DNA from: Phycisphaerales bacterium
Lineage (GTDB): Bacteria > Planctomycetota > Phycisphaerae > WQYP01
Length of the DNA stretch: 64,000 nucleotides
NCBI GenBank assembly: GCA_009781185.1
Contig: WQYP01000005.1
Coordinates: 1-64,000 of the forward strand
Direction of reading: 5' to 3'
The position numbers and the translations under genes are program-made. Positions within the stretch are counted from its first letter, which is position 1. Every line of letters starts with the position of its first letter. This document shows positions 19,611 to 27,501 of this stretch, piece after piece. The notes under the pieces are model-generated. The model worked only from the letters and a program-made list of their open reading frames with translations, was not told the origin of the DNA and did no database searches.

Positions 19611-21303
19611 AGCGCACCGCCTTTACCGGATCCTGGCAGGCAGCGAAGGTTGCGGGGATCAGGGCGCCGATCAGGCCAGCGAGAATGGCGACGGCGTAGT
19701 AGGCGATCAGCACGGTGGGGCTGACGTGGTCGGGGATGCGGTCGAAGAGGTAGACGGAGCGGTCCCAGATGATGATACCGGTGGTTTGGTAGATCCATTC
19801 GTGGATTTCGTTGGTGTGAGTGACGAAGGCGACGCCGCAGAGGACGCCGAGTCCGCCGCCGACGATGCCGATGAAGAGGCCGTAGTTGAGGAAGATGGTC
19901 AGGACGCCGAGTTCGGAGCCTCCGACGGCTTTGAGGATGCCGATGTCGCGGGTCTTGTCGCGGACGATCATGTAGAAGATGAGGAAGATCACGACCAAGA
20001 CGACCAGGGACATGAGTCCGAGGATGAAAATCTGCATGTACTTTTCGTTTTCGACGGCGCCGAGGTACTTTGCTTGCCGCTCGTCCCAGGTCTGGACGGT
20101 CAGCATGGGGAAGGATTCATCGAGGAGTGCCTGGATTTTGGCGCGGAGCAGGCGAGTGGCGGCGGGGTTGGCGGAGGTGGCATCGTTGAGCTTGATGAGC
20201 AGTTCATTGCAGCGTGGGGGGAAGTCGGCGGCGGGGTTTTCCTTGAGCAGTTCGGGATCGGGCCGCATGCGGGTCATGTACTGAACGGTTTCAAAAGGGG
20301 CGTAGATGTAGGTGGAATCGACGTCGTACACGCCGGAGTAAGAGTCGTCGACGACGGTGAAGGGGAGAGTGAAACCGCTCTGGACGGAGATGGCGCCGGT
20401 GTCTTTGACGGGGAAGACGGTGATCTTCAGACGAGGATTGGGGAAGTCTGGCGGTCGTTCGAAGTTGCCGCGTTTATCGCGGCGGAGGAGGCCGATCTGT
20501 ACGCCGACGATGCAGCCGGTGTCTTGTGCGGCATCGGGGGCCTGCTGGGTGGCGGCGGGCGGAATGTCGAAGGAGGGCTTGGGGGGAAGAAGAGCGGCCA
20601 AGAGATCGGCTTTGGAATGGTATTGTTTTTCGGGGAGGGAGAGGGCGAATTGCCAGGTGCGTTTGGCGCTGGCTTCGTCCTGGTAGGCACGGTTCAGGCG
20701 GTCTTCGGCAAGTTCGAACTGGCGAGGCCGGGCGGAGTTGTCGTGAAGCTTGTCGCCTTGTTCGCGGTAGAGCTTTCCGTATTGTTCGCGGAGAAGCTCG
20801 AGTTTGGCAGAGATGTTCCGATCGTTTTCGCTGGCGAAGGCGATCAGCTTGTCCCGGTCGGCGGGGAGTGCGGGGGCGAGAGCGTCGGCGGCTTCGTGCG
20901 GAGCAATGTACTGACGGAACAGCGTTTCGCGGAAACGGCTTACCTGCGAGCGTTCGGCGGGACGAATGCCGACGAGCTGGATCGGGACGGTCTGGTTGTA
21001 GGGGTAGAGGAAGTAAGCCAGTCCGTAGGCGCGGACGACGGGGGTGGAAGCTTTGATTTCGGGGAATTGCTGGGCGAGGTGTTTGGCCAGTTCGTCGTAG
21101 CCGGGCCAGCCGGTGGGATTCTGGGAGAAAATGACGATGTCGCCGAGCAGGTCGCGATTTGCCTGCCGCACACGATCGACAAAACCGCCCATGATGCTCG
21201 TGACGATGATCATCATCATCAGGCAGAGCCAGACCACCAGAATGGGGAAGATGACGATCTTCTTGCGAGTGAGATAGCGGAGAGTGAGGAAGAATTTGTA
21301 CAT
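19603..21303 (-). CDS. FtsX-like ABC transporter permease (LolC/E family) with a large periplasmic insert
   Basis: N-terminal TM helix and a C-terminal FtsX-type TM bundle ('RDIGILKAVGGS'). Overlaps the ATPase gene by 8 nt. Confidence 0.8.
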   Translation of the reverse strand: MYKFFLTLRYLTRKKIVIFPILVVWLCLMMMIIVTSIMGGFVDRVRQANRDLLGDIVIFSQNPTGWPGYDELAKHLAQQFPEIKASTPVVRAYGLAYFLYPYNQTVPIQLVGIRPAERSQVSRFRETLFRQYIAPHEAADALAPALPADRDKLIAFASENDRNISAKLELLREQYGKLYREQGDKLHDNSARPRQFELAEDRLNRAYQDEASAKRTWQFALSLPEKQYHSKADLLAALLPPKPSFDIPPAATQQAPDAAQDTGCIVGVQIGLLRRDKRGNFERPPDFPNPRLKITVFPVKDTGAISVQSGFTLPFTVVDDSYSGVYDVDSTYIYAPFETVQYMTRMRPDPELLKENPAADFPPRCNELLIKLNDATSANPAATRLLRAKIQALLDESFPMLTVQTWDERQAKYLGAVENEKYMQIFILGLMSLVVLVVIFLIFYMIVRDKTRDIGILKAVGGSELGVLTIFLNYGLFIGIVGGGLGVLCGVAFVTHTNEIHEWIYQTTGIIIWDRSVYLFDRIPDHVSPTVLIAYYAVAILAGLIGALIPATFAACQDPVKAVRYE

Positions 21304-21307
21304 AGTT

Positions 21308-21343
21308 GGAAGAAGCCAGAAGCTAGGAGCCGGAAGCTGGAAG
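21308..21343. repeat. 'gaagcca' heptamer array (single arm)
   Basis: 'ggaagaagccagaagctaggagccggaagctggaag', between the lolE-like start and the lysS stop. Confidence 0.8.
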
Positions 21344-21351
21344 TTTTTGTG

Positions 21352-23103
21352 TCATACGTCAACGATCCTGAGGGTGCCGTCCGTTTCGAGGATGAACATG
21401 GTGGGGCGAAGCCTGGTGGTGGCCTTCACCTTCGCCAAATCCGATTCCAGCTTGGTGACGTCCGCTTCCATCTGGGCTTCGCTAGGCTCGGCGGACTGAC
21501 GGTGGGCCGGGGGACTGGCGACGGGATCGTGCGGTTTGAGAAGTGGGAAGAGCACCACGTCGCGAATCGATTGGCGATTGGTCAGGAGCATGGCGAGTCG
21601 GTCGATGCCGATGCCGAGTCCTCCGGCGGGGGGCATGCCGTGGCGGAGGGCGTTGATGTAGTCGTCGTCCATGCGGGCCATGGATTCTTCGGCGGGGAGG
21701 CCGGCGAGTTGGCGTGTGAAGGTTTCTTGTTGGATGACGGGGTCGTTGAGCTCGGTGTAGGCGTTGGCGAGTTCCATGCCGGCGATGTAAAGTTCGAAGC
21801 GCTCGGCGATGTGCGGAGAGCCTGTCTTCCGTTTGGTCAGCGGACAGAGCGCCGCCGGGTAGTCGTAGAGGAAGATCGGGCGGTCGGATTTCTCGAGTTC
21901 GGGTTCGGCGAGTTGTTCGAAGAGTTCGCCGACGAGGACGTCGTGGTCTTTTTTGGCGGCGTTTTGGAGGCCGCGGTCGGTGGCGATGCGGAGCACGGCG
22001 GCTTTGTCTTGCATGTCGATGCCGACATGCTTATGGAAAAGGTCCGCGTAGCTGACGCGATCGAACGGCGGCGTGTAGTCGATGATGCGATCGCCGTATT
22101 GGAGGTGCAGGGGATGATTATCAGAGCCGCGACCGTAAGGGAGCGACTGACTTTCCTGATGTCTTGCCGCACTGTCGCTCCCTGACGGTCGCGGCTCTGA
22201 TGGGAGTTTGCCCAATGATGCGAGTCGTTCCTTGACCAGGCAAACGAGGAGGGATTCGGTGAGTTCCATCATGCCGGCGAGGTCGGAATAGGCTTGATAG
22301 CACTCGAGCATGGTGAATTCGGGGTTGTGTGTGGTGTCGATGCCTTCGTTGCGGAAGTTGCGGTTGATGTCGAAGACGCGTTCCATGCCGCCGACGAGGA
22401 GGCGCTTGAGGTAAAGCTCCGGGCTGATGCGGAGGAAGAGGTCGATGTCGAGGGCGTTGTGGTGAGTGATGAATGGGCGTGCGGCGGCGCCGCCGGCGAT
22501 GGATTGGAGGAGTGGGGTTTCGACTTCGATATACTGCCGCTGCTTGAGGAAATCGCGGACGGAGTCGATCATCTTCGAGCGGAAGAGGAAGACGTCCATG
22601 GAATCGGGGTTGGCGAAGAGATCGACGTAGCGTTGTCGGTAGCGGAGTTCGGTGTCGGAGAGGCCGTGGAATTTGTCGGGGGGGGGGAGGAGTGCTTTGG
22701 CGAGGAGTCCGAAGCCGTTGGCCCAGATGGTGATTTCTTCGGTTTTGGTGTGTCCGACTTTTCCTTCGAACCAAGCGATGTCGCCGAGCTCGAGGAGTTT
22801 AGCCTGAGGCCAGCGGTCGGGGAAGTTTTGTTTGGCCAAGCCGATCTGGATGCGGGCGGAAGAGTCTTGGATGGTCAGGAAGATGAGTTTGCCGATGTCG
22901 CGGTAGAGGACGATTCGGCCTGCGACTTTGGCGGAGTCTTGGCCGTCGTGAGGGGTGATGGCGGGGCCTTTGTGCAGGGCGCGAGCCTGGGCGGCGGAGA
23001 GGAGGCCGTCGGTACGCTGGCCGTAGGGATCGATGCCCAAGGCGGTCCACTTCTGGAGCTTGGCGAGGCGATCCTTGTATTGAGGATTGTCGGAAGTGGT
23101 CAT
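21352..23103 (-). CDS. lysS: Lysine--tRNA ligase (class II) with an internal repeat-derived insert and a C-terminal extension
   Basis: OB-fold N-terminal domain, class II motifs ('FRNEGID','ELANAYTELNDP','GLGIGIDRL'). ATG at 23103 ('MTTSDNPQYKDRLAKL'). Confidence 0.9.
   Translation of the reverse strand: MTTSDNPQYKDRLAKLQKWTALGIDPYGQRTDGLLSAAQARALHKGPAITPHDGQDSAKVAGRIVLYRDIGKLIFLTIQDSSARIQIGLAKQNFPDRWPQAKLLELGDIAWFEGKVGHTKTEEITIWANGFGLLAKALLPPPDKFHGLSDTELRYRQRYVDLFANPDSMDVFLFRSKMIDSVRDFLKQRQYIEVETPLLQSIAGGAAARPFITHHNALDIDLFLRISPELYLKRLLVGGMERVFDINRNFRNEGIDTTHNPEFTMLECYQAYSDLAGMMELTESLLVCLVKERLASLGKLPSEPRPSGSDSAARHQESQSLPYGRGSDNHPLHLQYGDRIIDYTPPFDRVSYADLFHKHVGIDMQDKAAVLRIATDRGLQNAAKKDHDVLVGELFEQLAEPELEKSDRPIFLYDYPAALCPLTKRKTGSPHIAERFELYIAGMELANAYTELNDPVIQQETFTRQLAGLPAEESMARMDDDYINALRHGMPPAGGLGIGIDRLAMLLTNRQSIRDVVLFPLLKPHDPVASPPAHRQSAEPSEAQMEADVTKLESDLAKVKATTRLRPTMFILETDGTLRIVDV
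22121..22200. repeat. Family A palindromic element (tcagagccgcgaccgtaagggagcgac ... gtcgctccctgacggtcgcggctctga), in frame in lysS
   Basis: 27 nt arms with a 26 nt loop. The arms are identical to those of the copies at 47101 and 48508. Confidence 0.95.
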
Positions 23104-23231
23104 GGCAGTCCTGTTTTGGATGAGGAACAAACGCGGAGAATCATTGTAGGGCATTCGAGCCGCAATCGTAAGATTGCGCTATTGTAACCGCAATCTGGGG
23201 GGGCATGGCACTTTAGGCGGGCTATCTGACT

Positions 23232-23329
23232 CGCAAAATTCGTAAAATTCGTGGAGGGAGCCTTTTCATGCGATAACGGGGCTCGCAAACTTTGTCCTCT
23301 CTCCCCACGAATTGTACGAATTTTACGCG
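23232..23329. repeat. Palindrome with 'aaattcgt'-unit arms
   Basis: 'cgcaaaattcgtaaaattcgtgg' (23232-23254) versus 'ccacgaattgtacgaattttacgcg' (23305-23329). Confidence 0.8.
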
Positions 23330-23361
23330 TGAGATGGCCGCCTGAAGTGAAGTCATGCACC

Positions 23362-24663
23362 TCAGTTTTTCAGGAGTTGCTTGGGCAGATAGGCTTGATG
23401 GGCGGCGGCCAATTCGTCGTAAATGGCGGTGGCTTTTTTCAGGGAGAAGACCAGCGGATGGCTGGCCAGGGCGCGGATGGCGTCGCGGCGGGTGCCGTGC
23501 CAGGCGGCTTGGGCGGCGAGGGATTGATAGTTGCCGAGCATGTGCAGGAGGCCGGTGAGATGACGCGGGAGGTGAGATTGCAGCAGGGGGCGGAGTCCTT
23601 GGCGATCGACGTGGGCGGGGAGTTCCACGACGAGGTCGTTGGGGAAATCGGGAAGGGCGCCGTGATTGACGACGTTCACCGGCCAGAGTTCGCGGCGATC
23701 GTTGAATATTGCGTCCATGACGTCAATGGCGAGCTCGAATTCATGGATGCCGCCACGGGAACGGGTCGGATCGAGTAACGGTTTGTCCGTCTGGAGTTGC
23801 TCGCGGTAGTGGAGCCAGTAATCGGGGACGGACGCGAGGATTTCCTGGCTGCGGGTTTTGCCGGAGGCGAGCAGTTCGGCGACTTCCTGCTCGTGGAAAT
23901 AATAGAAACGGAAGTATTGCGAGGGGACGGCGTCCATCATCGCGGTGAGGCCCAGGAGGCGTGTGCGATACGGGACTGCGGCGGGATCGTGGAGCAGGCG
24001 TTCGTGGGCCTGGGCGAGCAGCGGAATCAGCGGCTGGCCGTCATAGAGATGACGTATGGACCAGCATGCATGATTGAGACCGATCATCGTGACATCGACT
24101 TTCGCGGGATCGAGACCGGCCCATTCGGCTTGGTGTTGAGCGAAAGCAATCGGGCCTTCGCAAAGCGAAACTTGCTTGAGCGATGTGTGATCCGCGAGCG
24201 CCTGCGAAACGATGTTGACTGGATTGGTATAGTTGAATAGCCATGCGTTTGGGCAGAGATGTTGCATGTCATCGGCGATTTGCTTGAGGCAATGGATGGC
24301 GCGCAGGGCCATGAAGAATCCGCCGGGGCCTTGGGTTTCCTGGCCGATGATGCCGTATTTGAGCGGAACTTGTTCATCGAGGAGTCGCGCTTCAAAACCG
24401 CCGGGGCGGAAACTGGAGAGCACGGCGTTTGCGTCTTTCAGGGCGGCGCGGCGATCGGTCGTGGCGGAAAAAGTCAGATCGGCGTCGCGTGTTTTGGCCA
24501 TTTTCGTGGCGAGTTGCTGGACCAGTTGCAGATTTGCTTCGTCCAGGTCCACCAGTACGAGTTCCGAGCCGGCGAAATTGGCGGCCTGATGGATGAAGGA
24601 TTCGAGCGTGCCCGGAGCCCGCGTGCCGCCGCCGCCGATGTAGACGATTTTCAGACGTGCCAT
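23362..24663 (-). CDS. Glycoside hydrolase family 4 (NAD/Mn-dependent glycosidase)
   Basis: 'KIVYIGGGGTRAPG' Rossmann N-terminus, 'NYTNPV', 'VSLCEGP', 'IGLNH'. Confidence 0.8.
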   Translation of the reverse strand: MARLKIVYIGGGGTRAPGTLESFIHQAANFAGSELVLVDLDEANLQLVQQLATKMAKTRDADLTFSATTDRRAALKDANAVLSSFRPGGFEARLLDEQVPLKYGIIGQETQGPGGFFMALRAIHCLKQIADDMQHLCPNAWLFNYTNPVNIVSQALADHTSLKQVSLCEGPIAFAQHQAEWAGLDPAKVDVTMIGLNHACWSIRHLYDGQPLIPLLAQAHERLLHDPAAVPYRTRLLGLTAMMDAVPSQYFRFYYFHEQEVAELLASGKTRSQEILASVPDYWLHYREQLQTDKPLLDPTRSRGGIHEFELAIDVMDAIFNDRRELWPVNVVNHGALPDFPNDLVVELPAHVDRQGLRPLLQSHLPRHLTGLLHMLGNYQSLAAQAAWHGTRRDAIRALASHPLVFSLKKATAIYDELAAAHQAYLPKQLLKN

Positions 24664-24711
24664 GTGGTTTCCTGATTGGTGCTGCGAACCATCATTCGGA
24701 GAAAAACCGTG

Positions 24712-24966
24712 TCACGCTGCGTGGCGCGATTTGGAACGGCGTGGTTTGCTTTTTTGGGGGGGGAGGGATTTATGCTGATCGATCAGTTTTTGGACGCGAG
24801 GGACCAGATCCCACGGGACAACCATGAAGGTCTCATCCGCGTCGTCTGCCGCTTCGATTTCAGCAGCGCCATCTTTCTCCGATTGATGATCGTAATAATC
24901 GATCACGCGTTGGACTTTGTCAGGCGTCCAGCCCTTGGGAAAGTCGTGACGGTGTTTCTTTTTCAT
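24712..24966 (-). CDS. Small hypothetical protein (acidic centre, basic tail)
   Basis: 84 aa ORF immediately upstream of the GH4 gene on the same strand. Contains a G8 run. No family recognised. Confidence 0.4.
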   Translation of the reverse strand: MKKKHRHDFPKGWTPDKVQRVIDYYDHQSEKDGAAEIEAADDADETFMVVPWDLVPRVQKLIDQHKSLPPQKSKPRRSKSRHAA

Positions 24967-25052
24967 AGCTACCTCCGTCGCATACGACGGCGAAAAGCAC
25001 GGAGTTCTTTGCCACGCATATCATACGCCGTGATGATGAAAACGCCAATTTG

Positions 25053-25190
25053 ATCATCGTCAAGCGCGTAAGGTGGGTGCATGACATGTTTTGCAGAACG
25101 AGCGTTGATCTTCGATCAACGGCTAAACTTGTGCGGACATGCACCACCACCCCGCAAAGCGAGGTCGCTACTTTGTTCTGCATGTTGCGT
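25053..25190 (+). repeat. Family D composite repeat (copy 4, partial)
   Basis: 'atcatcgtcaag..ggtgggtgcatgacatgttttgcag..gttgatcttcgatcaacggctaaac..caccccgcaaagcgaggtcgctac'. Confidence 0.75.
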
Positions 25191-25208
25191 CCCGCACCCG
25201 CATTCCAA

Positions 25209-25243
25209 GAAAAAACCCGCGAGCTTGTTGCCAAGCTGCGGGC
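25209..25243 (-). terminator. Rho-independent terminator at the end of the ribosomal/rpoA/rplQ operon
   Basis: Minus strand 'gcccgcagcttggcaacaagctcgcgggtttttt'. Confidence 0.7.
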
Positions 25244-25279
25244 TTTTGTTGCATTTTCATGTAAGGCGATTAGCGGGCA

Positions 25280-25750
25280 TTAAGCCGCTGGCGCCTCTTC
25301 CTTTTTCTTGCCGGCCTTCTTTTTGGCGGGGGCTTTTGCCTGGACCTTGCCAAGGCCGACGAGTTGGACGATTACCAGATCGCCAGCGTCGCCGATACGC
25401 CATTGGGAGGTTTTGATGATTCGTGTATAACCGCCGTCGCGGTCTTTGAAGTGCGGGCCGATCTCTTTGAAGAGTTTTTGCACGACCGTGTCATCGGCGA
25501 GCATGTCGCGGTCGGCGGGATCGGTCATGAAACGATCGTTGAGACGCGAGATCACCAGGCGGCGCGCGTGCAGTGTGCCTTTCCTCGCCTGTGTGATCAG
25601 GGGTTCAATGAAACGGACCAGTTCCTTGGCCTTGGGCAGCGTGGTTTTGATCTGGCCGTGCTCGATGAGCGACTGTGCCAGGTTCCGCAAAATCGCCTTG
25701 CGATGCGACGGGGTTACGCTTAACCGTCGGCCTACTACTCTATGACGCAT
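25280..25750 (-). CDS. rplQ: 50S ribosomal protein L17
   Basis: 'MRHRVVGRRLSVTPSHRKAILRNLAQSLIEHGQIKTTLPKAKE'. Confidence 0.95.
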   Translation of the reverse strand: MRHRVVGRRLSVTPSHRKAILRNLAQSLIEHGQIKTTLPKAKELVRFIEPLITQARKGTLHARRLVISRLNDRFMTDPADRDMLADDTVVQKLFKEIGPHFKDRDGGYTRIIKTSQWRIGDAGDLVIVQLVGLGKVQAKAPAKKKAGKKKEEAPAA

Positions 25751-25763
25751 AAAACACCTTTTT

Positions 25764-25796
25764 AGTTTCGAGTTTCAAGTTTCGAGTTTCCAGTTT
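25764..25796. repeat. 'gtttcNa' heptamer array (single arm)
   Basis: 'agtttcgagtttcaagtttcgagtttccagttt', between rplQ and rpoA. Confidence 0.85.
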
Positions 25797-25798
25797 TT

Positions 25799-26809
25799 TT
25801 ACTGGGCGGCGGGCTGTTCTGTGCCGCCGATGACCATACCCAGGGAGAGCCCCAGGTCTTGCAGCTTGCGTTTCACTTCGCGGAGGCTTGTTTTGCCGAA
25901 GCTGCGTACTTTCAGCAAATCGCCTTCCGTCAATTTGACCAAGTCGCCGATCGTGTGGATCTTCGCCGATTCGAGACAGTTGCTGGCACGGACCGAGAGC
26001 TCCATCGCGCCGATCGGCTGGTTCAGCTTGCCCTGCAACTCCTCGTTCATCTGCGGCGTGGCCACCTGGGTGTTGTCGGGCAGTTCGGCGTCGAGATTGT
26101 CGCCCGGCTCGAAATACTGAACGAAGGCATTGAGATGCTTTCGCAGAATTTTGGCCGCTTCGACCAGTGCCATTTCCGGCGTGACTGTGCCGTCGGTCCA
26201 GATTTCGAGGATCAAGCGGTCGTAGTTGGTTTTCTGGCCGACGCGGGTGTCTTCGGTTTTGTAGCGAACGCGTGTTACCGGCGAATAGATGGAGTCGATC
26301 GGAATGACGCCGATGATCTGTTCTTCCGGCGTGTTTTCAGCCGCCGTGACGAAGCCGCGGCCTTTGTGGACTTCCAGTTCCATGTTGAACTCGACGTCGC
26401 TGGTCAACGTCGCAATGTGCTGATTTTTGTTGTGAATCACGACGGCGGCGTCGCCTTGCAGGTCGGCGGCTGTTACCACGCACGGGCCTTTCTTGACCAC
26501 GGTGAGCGTCTTGGCGACGTCCGCATCCATCGACATGATGATACTCTTGACGTTGAGGATGATGTCGGTGACGTCTTCTGTGACGCCTTCGATCTGGGCA
26601 AATTCATGGTCGACGCCAGCGATTTTGACGGAGATGGCGGCGGCGCCTTCGAGCGAGGAAAGCAGGATGCGGCGAAGGGAATTGCCGACGGTGGTGCCGA
26701 AGCCGCGTTCGAAGGGTTCGACGATGAACCTGCCGTAGGTTTCGGTCTGGACGCTCTTGTCCGGTTCGACCCGGGTGGGCAGCTCAAGCCCGCGCCAACG
26801 AATACGCAT
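25799..26809 (-). CDS. rpoA: DNA-directed RNA polymerase subunit alpha
   Basis: N-terminal domain, plus C-terminal domain 'LSVRASNCLESAKIHTIGDLV'. The ATG at 26809 ('MRIRWRGLELP') has an aagga RBS. The ORF also remains open up to 26866. Confidence 0.95.
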   Translation of the reverse strand: MRIRWRGLELPTRVEPDKSVQTETYGRFIVEPFERGFGTTVGNSLRRILLSSLEGAAAISVKIAGVDHEFAQIEGVTEDVTDIILNVKSIIMSMDADVAKTLTVVKKGPCVVTAADLQGDAAVVIHNKNQHIATLTSDVEFNMELEVHKGRGFVTAAENTPEEQIIGVIPIDSIYSPVTRVRYKTEDTRVGQKTNYDRLILEIWTDGTVTPEMALVEAAKILRKHLNAFVQYFEPGDNLDAELPDNTQVATPQMNEELQGKLNQPIGAMELSVRASNCLESAKIHTIGDLVKLTEGDLLKVRSFGKTSLREVKRKLQDLGLSLGMVIGGTEQPAAQ

Positions 26810-26889
26810 AAAGGTGTCCTTTCTAATGACCGCCGCCGGATTATCGCTCACGAGAGCATCTGTCACGGACAGCGAGAGTAACTTACTTT

Positions 26890-26984
26890 GGAGCCAAGCC
26901 AGAAGTTAAAAGTTATAAAGTTAAAAGGTAAAAGGTAAAGATAGCTCGAAACTGGAAACCTTCTGGCTATTGGCTTCTAGCTTC
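26890..26984. repeat. Heptamer-arm palindrome (gaagcca type)
   Basis: 'ggagccaagccagaag' ... 'ccttctggctattggcttctagcttc'. The loop contains 'ctcgaaactggaaac'. Confidence 0.8.
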
Positions 26985-26988
26985 TTTG

Positions 26989-27369
26989 TTACACGCGGCG
27001 TTTCTTTGGGGGGCGGCAGCCGTTGTGGGGGAGTGGGGTGTTGTCTTCGATGGCGGTGATTTTCAGGCCGCTGTTTTGGAGGGCGGTGATGGCCGATTCG
27101 CGGCCGGAACCGGGGCCTTTGACGCGCACTTCGACTTCCTGCAAGCCGTACTTTTTGGCCTTGGCGGCACAGTTTTCCGCGGCGCGAGTGGCGGCGAAGG
27201 GTGTGCTCTTGCGGGCGCCTTTGAAGCCGACGGTGCCGGCGGAATCCCATGCGAGGGTTTCGCCATTGACATCGGTGATGGTTACCTGCGTGTTATTGAA
27301 GCTTGCGTTGATGTGAGCAACGCCTTTGACGACATTTTTTCTGATTTTCTTTTTGCCGGCTTTCGCCAT
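26989..27369 (-). CDS. rpsK: 30S ribosomal protein S11
   Basis: '[19 protein letters not shown].....[14 protein letters not shown]'. Confidence 0.95.
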   Translation of the reverse strand: MAKAGKKKIRKNVVKGVAHINASFNNTQVTITDVNGETLAWDSAGTVGFKGARKSTPFAATRAAENCAAKAKKYGLQEVEVRVKGPGSGRESAITALQNSGLKITAIEDNTPLPHNGCRPPKKRRV

Positions 27370-27501
27370 GAGGGGTTCCTTTATGTAGTGGGCTTCGATC
27401 GGATTCGGCCGAGCAACGCGCTTGGCCAGTCCTCACCCGGAAATCCAAAAGGGATATAGTTTACTCAGTTCATTGACTCATTTCCATTGCGTTGCGTTGA
27501 C

